A DNA stretch of 64,000 bases from contig CAWIYG010000001.1 in assembly GCA_963840215.1 (NCBI GenBank), positions 583,704 to 647,703 of the forward strand. Direction: 5' to 3'. Positions within the stretch are counted from its first letter, which is position 1. Every line of letters starts with the position of its first letter. Positions 39,035 to 47,614 of this stretch are shown one piece after another. Under the pieces are notes generated by a model, which saw only the letters and a program-made list of their open reading frames with translations, did no database searches and was not told where the DNA came from. The position numbers and the translations under genes are program-made. This stretch comes from an uncultured Gemmatimonadales bacterium (GTDB taxonomy: Bacteria; Gemmatimonadota; Gemmatimonadetes; Gemmatimonadales; GWC2-71-9).

Positions 39035-39631
39035 CTATTTGGTCTTGACGCCTGCGGTCGTCGCGGCCCGATCCACCCGGAGACCGAGGTACTCGCCCGC
39101 GATCGCGTGTCCGGGGACGCCGCACAGCATCCAGTACCAGCCCGCCTCATCGGCCGTGAACGTCGTACGGTCGCCCTGCCCCGCCTGGAGCCCCGCGGTA
39201 ACCATCCGGGTCATCGCGTTGGTGAACGCCGGGCGACCTCCCTCGAGCGGCAGCTTCTCGCGCTCGGCCATGACGACCAGGCTGTGCGGCGAAGTCGAGT
39301 CGGCCGAGCGCCAGTCCCACTGCACCGTCCAGTTGAGCGGCACCACGATCTGGAGATCGCCGTGGTGGTGTCCGTTGAGCAGCGCGGGATTCCCGGCGGA
39401 CCCAGGAGTGACCTGCAGCGCGACCGTCACGGTCCGCCCGGCGGTGTCGGCGACAAGCCATGGCGGCGTCTCCGAGGGCGGCGCCTCCGAGGGCTGCGCG
39501 GCCGCCCGGGTGGTCGGGGCGGCGGGGGACGCAGCGGGAGCCGTCTGGGCCGATCCGCACGCGGAAGCCGCGCCTAGGGCGAAGAGCGCGGCCGCGCCGG
39601 CGCGCCGGCAGTGGAGGATCACATGCGCCAT
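39035..39631 (-). CDS. Sulfocyanin-like cupredoxin lipoprotein
   Basis: Lipobox ASAC; NG...G.LQIVVP.NWTV, PHSL, AGWYWMLCGVPGHAIAGEY; RBS GAGGAGG. Confidence 0.82.
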   Translation of the reverse strand: MAHVILHCRRAGAAALFALGAASACGSAQTAPAASPAAPTTRAAAQPSEAPPSETPPWLVADTAGRTVTVALQVTPGSAGNPALLNGHHHGDLQIVVPLNWTVQWDWRSADSTSPHSLVVMAEREKLPLEGGRPAFTNAMTRMVTAGLQAGQGDRTTFTADEAGWYWMLCGVPGHAIAGEYLGLRVDRAATTAGVKTK

Positions 39632-39709
39632 GTGTCGGTCTGGCCTCCTCTTCGGGTCGTCGGTACCTTGAGTGGCTTCCGGGTCGGAACTTAATCGAGG
39701 AGAATCGCG

Positions 39710-41200
39710 ATGGCCGGACTACTCTCGAGAGAGCGGATCGTCGCGGGACCGGGGTTCAACCGCTGGCTGGTACCGCCGGCCGCCCTGGCGATCCATCTCT
39801 CGATCGGGATGGCGTACGGCTTCAGCGTGTTCTGGCTGCCGCTCAGCAGGGCCGTCGGCCTGACCCAGCCCGTCGCGTGTCCCGCGGACATGAACATCTT
39901 CCAGCACATCGTCGCGACGAACTGCGACTGGAAGATCAGCATGCTCGGCTGGATGTACACCCTCTTCTTCGTCTTCCTCGGCTCGTCCGCCGCCCTGTTC
40001 GGCCGCTGGCTGGAGCACGCGGGGCCGAGGAAGGCGGGCGTCGTCGCGGCGTTCTGCTGGGGCGGCGGCTTCCTGCTCTCCGCCCTCGGCGTCCACCTGC
40101 ATCAGATCTGGCTCATGTGGCTCGGCTCCGGCGTGATCGGGGGATGCGGCCTGGGCCTGGGCTACATCTCGCCGGTCTCGACCCTCATCAAGTGGTTTCC
40201 CGACCGCCGCGGCATGGCGACGGGGATGGCGATCATGGGATTCGGTGGCGGCGCGATGATCGGGGCGCCGCTGGCCGACCGGCTCATGAAGCACTACGCG
40301 ACGGCGACCTCGGTGGGGGTGGAGGAGACGTTCGTCACGATGGGCATCATCTACTTCATCGCGATGATGGCCGGCGCCTTCGGGTACCGGGTCCCGCCGC
40401 CCGACTGGAAGCCGGCGGGCTGGGTGCCGCCAGTGCGGCAGAGCGGCATGATCACGACCCGGCATGTCCACGTCGACCAGGCCTGGCGGACGCCGCAGTT
40501 CTGGATGCTCTGGGCGGTGCTCTGCCTCAACGTGAGCGCCGGGATCGGCGTGATCGGCATGGCCTCTCCCATGATCCAGGAGGTCTTCGGCGGGCGGTTG
40601 ATCCAGCTCCCGGACCTGACGTTCGCGCAGTTATCCCCGGCTCAGAAGGCGCAGCTGGCCACCACGGGGGCGGCCTTCGCCGCGCTGCTGAGCCTGTTCA
40701 ACATCGCCGGCCGGATCGGGTGGGCCTCGCTGTCCGACTACATCGGCCGGAAGCGCACCTATTTCATCTTCTTCGCGCTGGGCGCCGCGCTCTACGCCTC
40801 GGTCCCCTTCGCGGGGCAGAGCGGCAAGGTGGGGTTGTTCGTGGCGCTCTTCTGCCTGATCCTGACGATGTACGGCGGCGGGTTCGCCACCATTCCGGCC
40901 TACCTGGCCGACATGTTCGGGACCCAGTTCGTCGGGGCCATCCACGGGCGGCTGCTCACGGCCTGGTCGGCGGCGGGCATCCTGGGACCGGTGCTGGTCA
41001 ACTACATCCGCGAGTTTCAGATCGATCGCGGGATCCCGGCCGCGCAGGCGTACAACGTGACCATGTACGTCCTGGCCGGCCTGCTGGTGGCGGGCCTGTT
41101 CGCCAACCTGGCGGTCCGCCCGGTCGACGAGCGGTACTATATGTCCGACGACGACCTGGCCCGGGAGCGGGGGCTGGCGCCGGCGGGAGGCCGCCCGTGA
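39710..41200 (+). CDS. OFA-family MFS transporter (oxalate:formate antiporter-like)
   Basis: FNRWLVPPAALAIHLSIG, GYISPVSTLIKWFPDRRGMATG.AIMGFGGGA, YGGGFATIPAYLAD.FG. Confidence 0.92.
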   Translation: MAGLLSRERIVAGPGFNRWLVPPAALAIHLSIGMAYGFSVFWLPLSRAVGLTQPVACPADMNIFQHIVATNCDWKISMLGWMYTLFFVFLGSSAALFGRWLEHAGPRKAGVVAAFCWGGGFLLSALGVHLHQIWLMWLGSGVIGGCGLGLGYISPVSTLIKWFPDRRGMATGMAIMGFGGGAMIGAPLADRLMKHYATATSVGVEETFVTMGIIYFIAMMAGAFGYRVPPPDWKPAGWVPPVRQSGMITTRHVHVDQAWRTPQFWMLWAVLCLNVSAGIGVIGMASPMIQEVFGGRLIQLPDLTFAQLSPAQKAQLATTGAAFAALLSLFNIAGRIGWASLSDYIGRKRTYFIFFALGAALYASVPFAGQSGKVGLFVALFCLILTMYGGGFATIPAYLADMFGTQFVGAIHGRLLTAWSAAGILGPVLVNYIREFQIDRGIPAAQAYNVTMYVLAGLLVAGLFANLAVRPVDERYYMSDDDLARERGLAPAGGRP

Positions 41201-41285
41201 GCGATTGCATAAAATCCCCCAGCCCTGAATATTATTACGGCCGTGGCCGGGACCGGTCTCCATCCCTCAGCCCGGGGAGCAGCGC

Positions 41286-41423
41286 ATGAGCGAGCAGGGA
41301 CGGTCGCCGGAGGGGGCTCCCGGCCAGTGGGGCCTGGTGGCGTTGGCGTGGGTCCTGGTTGGAGTTCCGCTGCTGTGGGGGGTCTGGAACACCCTGCTGA
41401 AGGCGGCCGCGCTCTTCCGCTAG
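41286..41423 (+). CDS. 45-aa membrane partner peptide of the OFA transporter (absent from the ORF track)
   Basis: MSEQGRSPEGAPGQWGLVALAWVLVGVPLLWGVWNTLLKAAALFR; W..VG.PL.WGV..T..KA..LF pattern typical of small genes following this MFS subfamily; RBS GGAG. Confidence 0.8.
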   Translation: MSEQGRSPEGAPGQWGLVALAWVLVGVPLLWGVWNTLLKAAALFR

Positions 41424-41533
41424 CCCGACCGGCGCAAAATCTGACACCAGAGCTCGAACGCAAACCTTTGCATTGAATAGAGTTGACGCCCTGGTACCAG
41501 GCCCGATGGTCGCACTGTCGGGATTCTGGGGTC

Positions 41534-41576
41534 TTGACGGGCGCACCGTGCATCGCAGATTGTAACCGGTTCAACA
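41534..41576 (+). promoter_or_regulatory. Candidate promoter and LacI-type operator upstream of the PQQ dehydrogenase
   Basis: TTGACG at 41534, weak -10 (CAGATT), then near-palindrome TGTAACCGGTTCAA at 41561-41574. Confidence 0.5.
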
Positions 41577-41838
41577 CTTAGCGCCCCCGGATCGACGACG
41601 CCCTCAGGGCGACCACCCACGGCACCGACCACCCCCCCGCTGTGTCCGCTAGCGCCCGTTCGGGGCCATGGCGGGGCGCGCAGTCGGGTGCCACGATCGG
41701 CTCGATGGGGCCGTTTCCCGGCACTGCCTCGCCGGGACGCAGCTGATACCGGATCTTGGGGGCTTCTCCCCACCGATCCTTCGCGGGCCGCCACGGTCCG
41801 TTCCCGCACAGCAGGTCCTGCTGAAAGGAAGAGTGTTC

Positions 41839-43506
41839 ATGAGCATGAGGACGCGTTGGTGGGTAGCCCCGGTGCTCCTCGCCGCGGCGAGCCAGGCTGC
41901 GGCCCAAAGCGGCGACTGGACGACGTACGGCGGCAACGACTGGAATCAGCGGTATTCCACCCTCAAGAGCATCACCACCTCGAACGTGTCGCAGCTGGTC
42001 CCCCGGATGATCTTCCAGACCGGCATCACCAAGCTGGGCTCGTTCGAGAATACGCCGATCGTCACGAACGGCATGATGTACGTGACGACGCCGTACAACA
42101 CCCTCATCGCCTACGACCTGAAGACCAAGAAGGAGCAGTGGCGCTACGAGCACAAACTGGGGACCACCATCACCTGCTGCGGCCCGAACAATCGCGGGGT
42201 GGCCATTCACGGCGGCGCCCACCTGTACATGGGAACGCTCGACGCCCACCTGATCGCGTTCGACGCCAAGGACGGCAAGGTCCTGTGGGACAAGGAAGTC
42301 TCCGACCCGGCCATGGGCTACAGCATCACCCACGCTCCCCTCATCATCGGTGACAACGTCATCGTCGGCGTCTCCGGCGGCGAATACGGCATCCGCGGCC
42401 ACGTGACCGCGTACAACGCCATGTCGGGTGAGCAGGTGTGGCGCTGGTACTCGATCCCCGCCCCCAAGGGCGACTCCACCTTCGACGACAAGGCCCCGAA
42501 CGGCTGGTTCGGCACCTGGGCCCCGAAGGCCGAGGATGCCGATCTCCACCGCGACCTCACCAAGGAGAAGGGCGACAGCGCGAAGTTCGCCGACGCCTGG
42601 AAGGTCGGCGGCGGCGGCGTGTGGATGACGCCGGCGTACGACAAGGAGAGCAACGCGCTGTTCGTGGCCGTGGGCAACCCGTCGCCCGATCTCGACGGCA
42701 GCGTCCGCCCGGGCGACAACCTCTACACCGACTGCGTCGTCGCCATCGACGCCACCACCGGCAAGACCAAGTGGTACTACCAGACCGTGCCCCACGACGT
42801 CTGGGACCTCGACGCCGTTTCCCCGCCAGTCGTCGCGACCGTCGGCGGCAAGAAGGTCGTCGTGCACGCGGGCAAGACCGGCTGGCTGTACGTGCTCGAC
42901 GCGGCCGACGGCAAGCTCGTCCGCAAGAGCGACGCCTTCGTCCCGCAGGAGAACATGTTCGCGCTGCCCAGCGAGAAGGGCACGCGCATGCTCCCCGGCG
43001 CGAATGGCGGCGCGGAGTGGTCGCCGATCGCGATCGATCCGACGCTCAACTACGCGTTCGTCGCGGCGCTCCACCAGCCGATGAACTACATCGTGCACAC
43101 CGCGCCTTACGAGAAGGGCCGGCTCTGGCTCGGCTCCGCGTTCGTGGCCATCCCGGGCGAGCAGCAGTACGGGCTCTACTCGGCCATCGACCTCAAGACC
43201 GGCAAGATCGCCTGGCAGAACAAGGTGGATCAGCCGATGATGGGCGGCGCGCTGGCCACCGCCGGCAACCTCACCTTCACCGGTGAAGGCAACGGCAACT
43301 TCAACGCTTACAACTCCAAAACCGGCAAGCTGCTGTGGCAGTTCAACGGCGGCGCCGGCTGCAACTCGGCTCCGATGTCGTTCACCTTCGGCGGCGAGCA
43401 GTTCATCGCCGTGGCGTGTGGCGGCAACTTCCAGCTGAGCTTCCCCCTCGGCGATGCGTTGCTGGTCTTCGGCCTCCCTGCCAAGGCCAGCGCGATGAAG
43501 AAGTAG
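41839..43506 (+). CDS. Periplasmic PQQ-dependent alcohol dehydrogenase family protein; candidate lanthanide-dependent
   Basis: Signal peptide; DWTTYGG...QRYS.L, vicinal TCCGPNNRG, SGGEYGIRG, GNPSP, HDVWDLDA; Trp-docking beta-propeller repeats; no heme-c motif. Confidence 0.9.
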   Translation: MSMRTRWWVAPVLLAAASQAAAQSGDWTTYGGNDWNQRYSTLKSITTSNVSQLVPRMIFQTGITKLGSFENTPIVTNGMMYVTTPYNTLIAYDLKTKKEQWRYEHKLGTTITCCGPNNRGVAIHGGAHLYMGTLDAHLIAFDAKDGKVLWDKEVSDPAMGYSITHAPLIIGDNVIVGVSGGEYGIRGHVTAYNAMSGEQVWRWYSIPAPKGDSTFDDKAPNGWFGTWAPKAEDADLHRDLTKEKGDSAKFADAWKVGGGGVWMTPAYDKESNALFVAVGNPSPDLDGSVRPGDNLYTDCVVAIDATTGKTKWYYQTVPHDVWDLDAVSPPVVATVGGKKVVVHAGKTGWLYVLDAADGKLVRKSDAFVPQENMFALPSEKGTRMLPGANGGAEWSPIAIDPTLNYAFVAALHQPMNYIVHTAPYEKGRLWLGSAFVAIPGEQQYGLYSAIDLKTGKIAWQNKVDQPMMGGALATAGNLTFTGEGNGNFNAYNSKTGKLLWQFNGGAGCNSAPMSFTFGGEQFIAVACGGNFQLSFPLGDALLVFGLPAKASAMKK

Positions 43507-43515
43507 CAGCCAACC

Positions 43516-43565
43516 TCGGCCGGCAGGGTCCCCGCGGTCGGGATGCCTTGCCGGCCGATTCCTTT
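43516..43565 (+). terminator. Intrinsic terminator after the PQQ dehydrogenase
   Basis: TCGGCCGGCAGGG...CCTTGCCGGCCGA followed by TTCCTTT. Confidence 0.65.
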
Positions 43566-43731
43566 GATTGACAGGTCCGCTTTCTGGGAGGTGAACACAT
43601 CGCTCACTCGTCCGACGAATGACCCCGCGCGCCAGGCGTTCCGCCGCCGCGGTCCCGATTGTGTGGTGCAGTCACGTCCCGAAGGTTGGCTGTCGTTGGC
43701 GGTCAATACTTACTCCGAGGGAGAAGCACCT

Positions 43732-44937
43732 ATGAAGAAAGTCGCACTGTTGTGCTTGGGTCTGGCGATGGGCGCGGCCAATGCCGCGGAAGCCCAGCTC
43801 ACGATGCAGATGAGCAACGGCTGGAGCTTTACGTTCGCCGGCAACGTGAACGCGTTCGCGATCTATGAGTCGCAGAGCGAAAGCGGCGCCACCGCCACAC
43901 CCGGCGGTCTCGTCGGCGTCGGCGGCAAGGGATTCAACATCCGCACCGGCCTGCTGCCAGCGTTCGCGGTGTTCGATGCCAAGGGCAAGGAAGGCGAGAC
44001 GGATCTCGGCGTGCACTTCGGCTTCGCGCCCCAGATCCAGTGCGGCAACCAGGCGCACGACTGCTTCGGCGCCCAGATCGACATGCGCCAAGTCTTCCTG
44101 ACGGTCGGCGGCTCGTGGGGCCAGATTCTCGCCGGTCGCGAGATCGGGCTCTTCAACCGGCAGAACATCCTGACCGACCAGACCCTGTTCGGCATCGGCG
44201 CCACCGGCGGGATCAACGGCGGCGGCACCACGCTGGGTCGCATCGGCTTCGGCTACATCTATCCGCAGTTCGTCGCGCAGATGACCTACTCGACGCCGGC
44301 GGGCCGGCCGTCGCAGCTCGCGATCGGCATCTTCCAGCCGTCGTCCCTCGCCGGCAGCGGTGGCGCGCTCTACGACGAAACCAAGGTCCCGAGGGTCGAG
44401 GCCGAGTTCACCTACAGCAGCGGCAACGTCAAGGGCTGGGTGAACGGCACGGCGCAGAATGCCAAGAGCCTCCTCACCGACGAGTCAAAGACCGCCACGG
44501 GCGTCGGCGGCGGCCTCCGGTTCGGTAATGCCATGTTCTCGCTGACCGGTAGCGGTTACTGGGGCAAGGGCATCGGCACCACGCTGCAGTTCAACGGCGT
44601 GAATTCCGGTGGCGGCTCGGCGGTCGACGGCCTCGGCGTCGGCGACGACGGCGAGCTCCGGACCTCCTACGGCTTCATTGGCCAGGTCACGGTGACCCCG
44701 GCCAACAGCAAGGTGACGCTCGCCGGCAGCTTCGGGTCCAGCTACCTCAAGGCCACCGATGGCGAGACCGCGTTCAAGACCGAGAACACGCTCATCTCGG
44801 GCGGCATCTACTACCAGGCCACCAAATCCCTCAAAGTCGTGGGCGAGGGCAACTACGCCTGGACCAAGAACAAGGAGTCGGCCGCGGACAAGAACAAGAC
44901 CTTCGCGCCGACCGTTGGCCTGATGCTGTTCTTCTAG
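43732..44937 (+). CDS. Outer-membrane porin
   Basis: Signal peptide AEA-Q; amphipathic beta strands; C-terminal VGLMLFF with terminal Phe. Confidence 0.85.
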   Translation: MKKVALLCLGLAMGAANAAEAQLTMQMSNGWSFTFAGNVNAFAIYESQSESGATATPGGLVGVGGKGFNIRTGLLPAFAVFDAKGKEGETDLGVHFGFAPQIQCGNQAHDCFGAQIDMRQVFLTVGGSWGQILAGREIGLFNRQNILTDQTLFGIGATGGINGGGTTLGRIGFGYIYPQFVAQMTYSTPAGRPSQLAIGIFQPSSLAGSGGALYDETKVPRVEAEFTYSSGNVKGWVNGTAQNAKSLLTDESKTATGVGGGLRFGNAMFSLTGSGYWGKGIGTTLQFNGVNSGGGSAVDGLGVGDDGELRTSYGFIGQVTVTPANSKVTLAGSFGSSYLKATDGETAFKTENTLISGGIYYQATKSLKVVGEGNYAWTKNKESAADKNKTFAPTVGLMLFF

Positions 44938-44960
44938 GCAGCTGCAGGTGCAGGTCACAC

Positions 44961-44996
44961 GCGGCGGCCTCCCGTTCCGGGAGGCCGTCGTCGTTT
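44961..44996 (+). terminator. Intrinsic terminator after the porin
   Basis: GCGGCGGCCTCCC-gttcc-GGGAGGCCGTCGT followed by CGTTT. Confidence 0.65.
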
Positions 44997-45049
44997 GGTC
45001 GCGGGCGGTGTACATTTCGCGCTCCCACTTCCTCACACCGGAGCACTCG

Positions 45050-45469
45050 ATGGCCTATCGTCGGTTCCTGGCAGGCTGTGTCGCGCTCGCAGGATGCGCC
45101 CACGCGTACGCATCGCCCACCGTGGTCCGGACCAGCGCGGCGTCCGGAGTCGTGTTCGATTGCATCAAGCAGCAGCTCGGAGTCCTTGGGTACAAACAGA
45201 GCTCGATCGACACCGATGCGCTGCGGGTGAACGCCAGCAAGCTGGACCTGATGACCCGGCGCAGCGATACCCAGTTCCGGCGCATCATCAACAAGCTGCA
45301 GGCCGAAGTCGGCGCCGAGGCCGACGGGCAGACGAGGCTCGAGGTGGTGCCGCAAACCTTCGCCGAGTACACCACCCAGCGGGGACCGACCGAAGAAGAG
45401 GAGAAGCCGTCGAAGGATGTCGCCGCCGACGGCCAGCGCCTCGTGGAGGCCTGTCAGACCGCGTCGTAA
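45050..45469 (+). CDS. Hypothetical lipoprotein
   Basis: RBS GGAG; MAYRRFLAGCVALAGC lipobox; two further Cys. Confidence 0.75.
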   Translation: MAYRRFLAGCVALAGCAHAYASPTVVRTSAASGVVFDCIKQQLGVLGYKQSSIDTDALRVNASKLDLMTRRSDTQFRRIINKLQAEVGAEADGQTRLEVVPQTFAEYTTQRGPTEEEEKPSKDVAADGQRLVEACQTAS

Positions 45470-45599
45470 GGAGATGGCCGAGGGACGTCGAGACGCGGGG
45501 CGCCTCGGCCGGAGCGCCCCGCGCGGTATCAGTACCATCCGTTCCCGGCTGCTGCTAGCTTCCACGGCGAACTCCTACCACCGATCGAAGGAGAACGCA

Positions 45600-46538
45600 G
45601 TGGCGGTCCCGCTGGTCCAGTTGACGCGCTCGGCCCTCGCGGCCGAAGCCCCGACATCCATCTCCGCCGCCCCGGTGAGAAAGCCGGGGTGGCTCAAGGT
45701 CAAGGCCCCCGGCGGACCGAACTATGTGCATCTGAAGAACTTGATGCGCGAGCTCGGGCTCCACACCGTGTGCGAAGAAGCCCGCTGCCCCAACATCGGC
45801 GAGTGCTGGGAGCACAAGGCGGCGACCTTCATGATCCTGGGCGACGTCTGCACGCGGAACTGCACCTACTGCGCGGTCTCCCACGGCACTCCCACGGCCT
45901 TCGATCCGCTCGAGCCGGTGCGCCTGGCCGAAGCGGTCGAGCGGATGGGGCTCGCCCACGTGGTCATCACGTCGGTCGACCGCGACGACCTCCCGAACGG
46001 CGGCGCCGAGGCGTTCGCCGGCTGCATCACCGAGATCAAGCGCCGGCTCCCCGAGACCTCGGTCGAGGTCCTGATTCCCGACTTCAAGGGCTCCGAGCGG
46101 GCGCTCCGCCTGGTGATGGACGCGGGGCCCGACATCCTCAATCACAACCTCGAGACCGCGGAGCGGCTCTACCGGCTGGCTCGCCCAGGCGGCCGCTACG
46201 ACCGGGCGCTGGCGCTGCTGGCCAACGCCCGGCGGATGAACGCCGAGGCGCTGACCAAGAGCGGCATCATCCTGGGAATGGGCGAGGAATGGGACGAGGT
46301 GCTGGTCTGCATGCGGGACCTTCGGCGCAGTGATGTCAACATCCTCACGCTCGGGCAATACCTCCGGCCTTCCGGCAGTCACCTGCCGGTGGCCCGCTAC
46401 TACACGCCCCAGGAGTTCGCCGAGCTGCGCGACCTCGGGCTCGCCATGGGCTTCGCGCACGTGCAGTCGAGTCCGCTCACCCGGTCCTCGTACCATGCGT
46501 GGGAGCAGGTGACCGCCGCCACCGGGAGCGGCGCCTGA
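45600..46538 (+). CDS. lipA: Lipoyl synthase
   Basis: KPGWLK, CEEARCPNIGEC, CTRNCTYC, NHNLET, GQYLRP, RSSYHA. Confidence 0.96.
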   Translation: MAVPLVQLTRSALAAEAPTSISAAPVRKPGWLKVKAPGGPNYVHLKNLMRELGLHTVCEEARCPNIGECWEHKAATFMILGDVCTRNCTYCAVSHGTPTAFDPLEPVRLAEAVERMGLAHVVITSVDRDDLPNGGAEAFAGCITEIKRRLPETSVEVLIPDFKGSERALRLVMDAGPDILNHNLETAERLYRLARPGGRYDRALALLANARRMNAEALTKSGIILGMGEEWDEVLVCMRDLRRSDVNILTLGQYLRPSGSHLPVARYYTPQEFAELRDLGLAMGFAHVQSSPLTRSSYHAWEQVTAATGSGA

Positions 46539-47554
46539 TGGCCGGCACCGCAGTGCCCAAGCCACGCGCCCGCCGGCGCGGCCTCGACCCCGCACGCGCG
46601 GAGGAGTACCGCGGCTGGCTGCGCCAGATGGTGCTGATCCGGCGGTTCGAGGAGAAGGCCGGCGAGGCCTACAGCCTGGGCAAGATCGGCGGCTTCTGCC
46701 ACCTCTACATCGGGCAGGAGGCGGTGGCGGTCGGGAGCCTCGCGGCCCTGCGTCCGGACGACTACATCACCTGCTCCTACCGCGAGCACGGCCACGCCCT
46801 GGCGCGCGGGATCAGCTCGCGCGCCGTCATGGCGGAGCTGTTCGGCAAGGCCGCCGGCTGCAGCGGGGGCAAGGGCGGGTCGATGCACCTGTTCGACGCC
46901 TCGCTGGGGTTCCTGGGCGGACACGGGATCGTCGGCGGGCATATCCCGCTCACGACCGGCATGGCCTTCGCCGCCAAATACCGCAACACCGACCAGGTGG
47001 CGATCTGCTACTTCGGCGAGGCCGCGGTCAACAACGGGGCCTTCCACGAGGCGCTCAACATGGCCGCGCTGTGGAAGCTGCCGGCGATCTACATCTGCGA
47101 GAACAACCGCTACGGCATGGGCACGGCGCTTGAGCGCGCCAGCGCCATCTACGACATCTCGGAGCGGGCGTGCTCGTACGACATGGCCAACGAGGTCGTG
47201 GACGGCCAGGACGTCCTGGTGATGCACGCGGCCATGGAGCGGGCGGTCGAGCGGGCGCGGAAGGACAAGCACCCGACCCTGCTCGAGGTTCGCACCTACC
47301 GCTTCATGGGCCACTCGATGTCCGACCCGATCCACGGCCACTACCGCACCCGCGAGGAGGTCGAAGACCAGCGGAAGCGGGATCCGATCGCGGTCTGGTC
47401 GCAGCGCCTGGTCGAGGATGGGCTGATGGAGCAGGCCGCGGTCAAGGCGCTCGACAAAGAGGTGATGGAGGAAGTCGAGGATGCGTACAAGTTCGCGGAG
47501 GAAGCGCCGGATCCGGAGGCGGGAGAGCTGTACACGCATGTGTATGCGGACTGA
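46538..47554 (+). CDS. pdhA: Pyruvate dehydrogenase E1 alpha
   Basis: GFCHLYIGQEA, GKGGSMH, GEAA...N TPP motif, YRFMGHSMSDP. Confidence 0.95.
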   Translation: MAGTAVPKPRARRRGLDPARAEEYRGWLRQMVLIRRFEEKAGEAYSLGKIGGFCHLYIGQEAVAVGSLAALRPDDYITCSYREHGHALARGISSRAVMAELFGKAAGCSGGKGGSMHLFDASLGFLGGHGIVGGHIPLTTGMAFAAKYRNTDQVAICYFGEAAVNNGAFHEALNMAALWKLPAIYICENNRYGMGTALERASAIYDISERACSYDMANEVVDGQDVLVMHAAMERAVERARKDKHPTLLEVRTYRFMGHSMSDPIHGHYRTREEVEDQRKRDPIAVWSQRLVEDGLMEQAAVKALDKEVMEEVEDAYKFAEEAPDPEAGELYTHVYAD

Positions 47555-47614
47555 GGTGAGGTGGGATCAGGGTGACGATGGCCGCGCGCATACTGGCGCG
47601 GGGTGTTGACGGAG

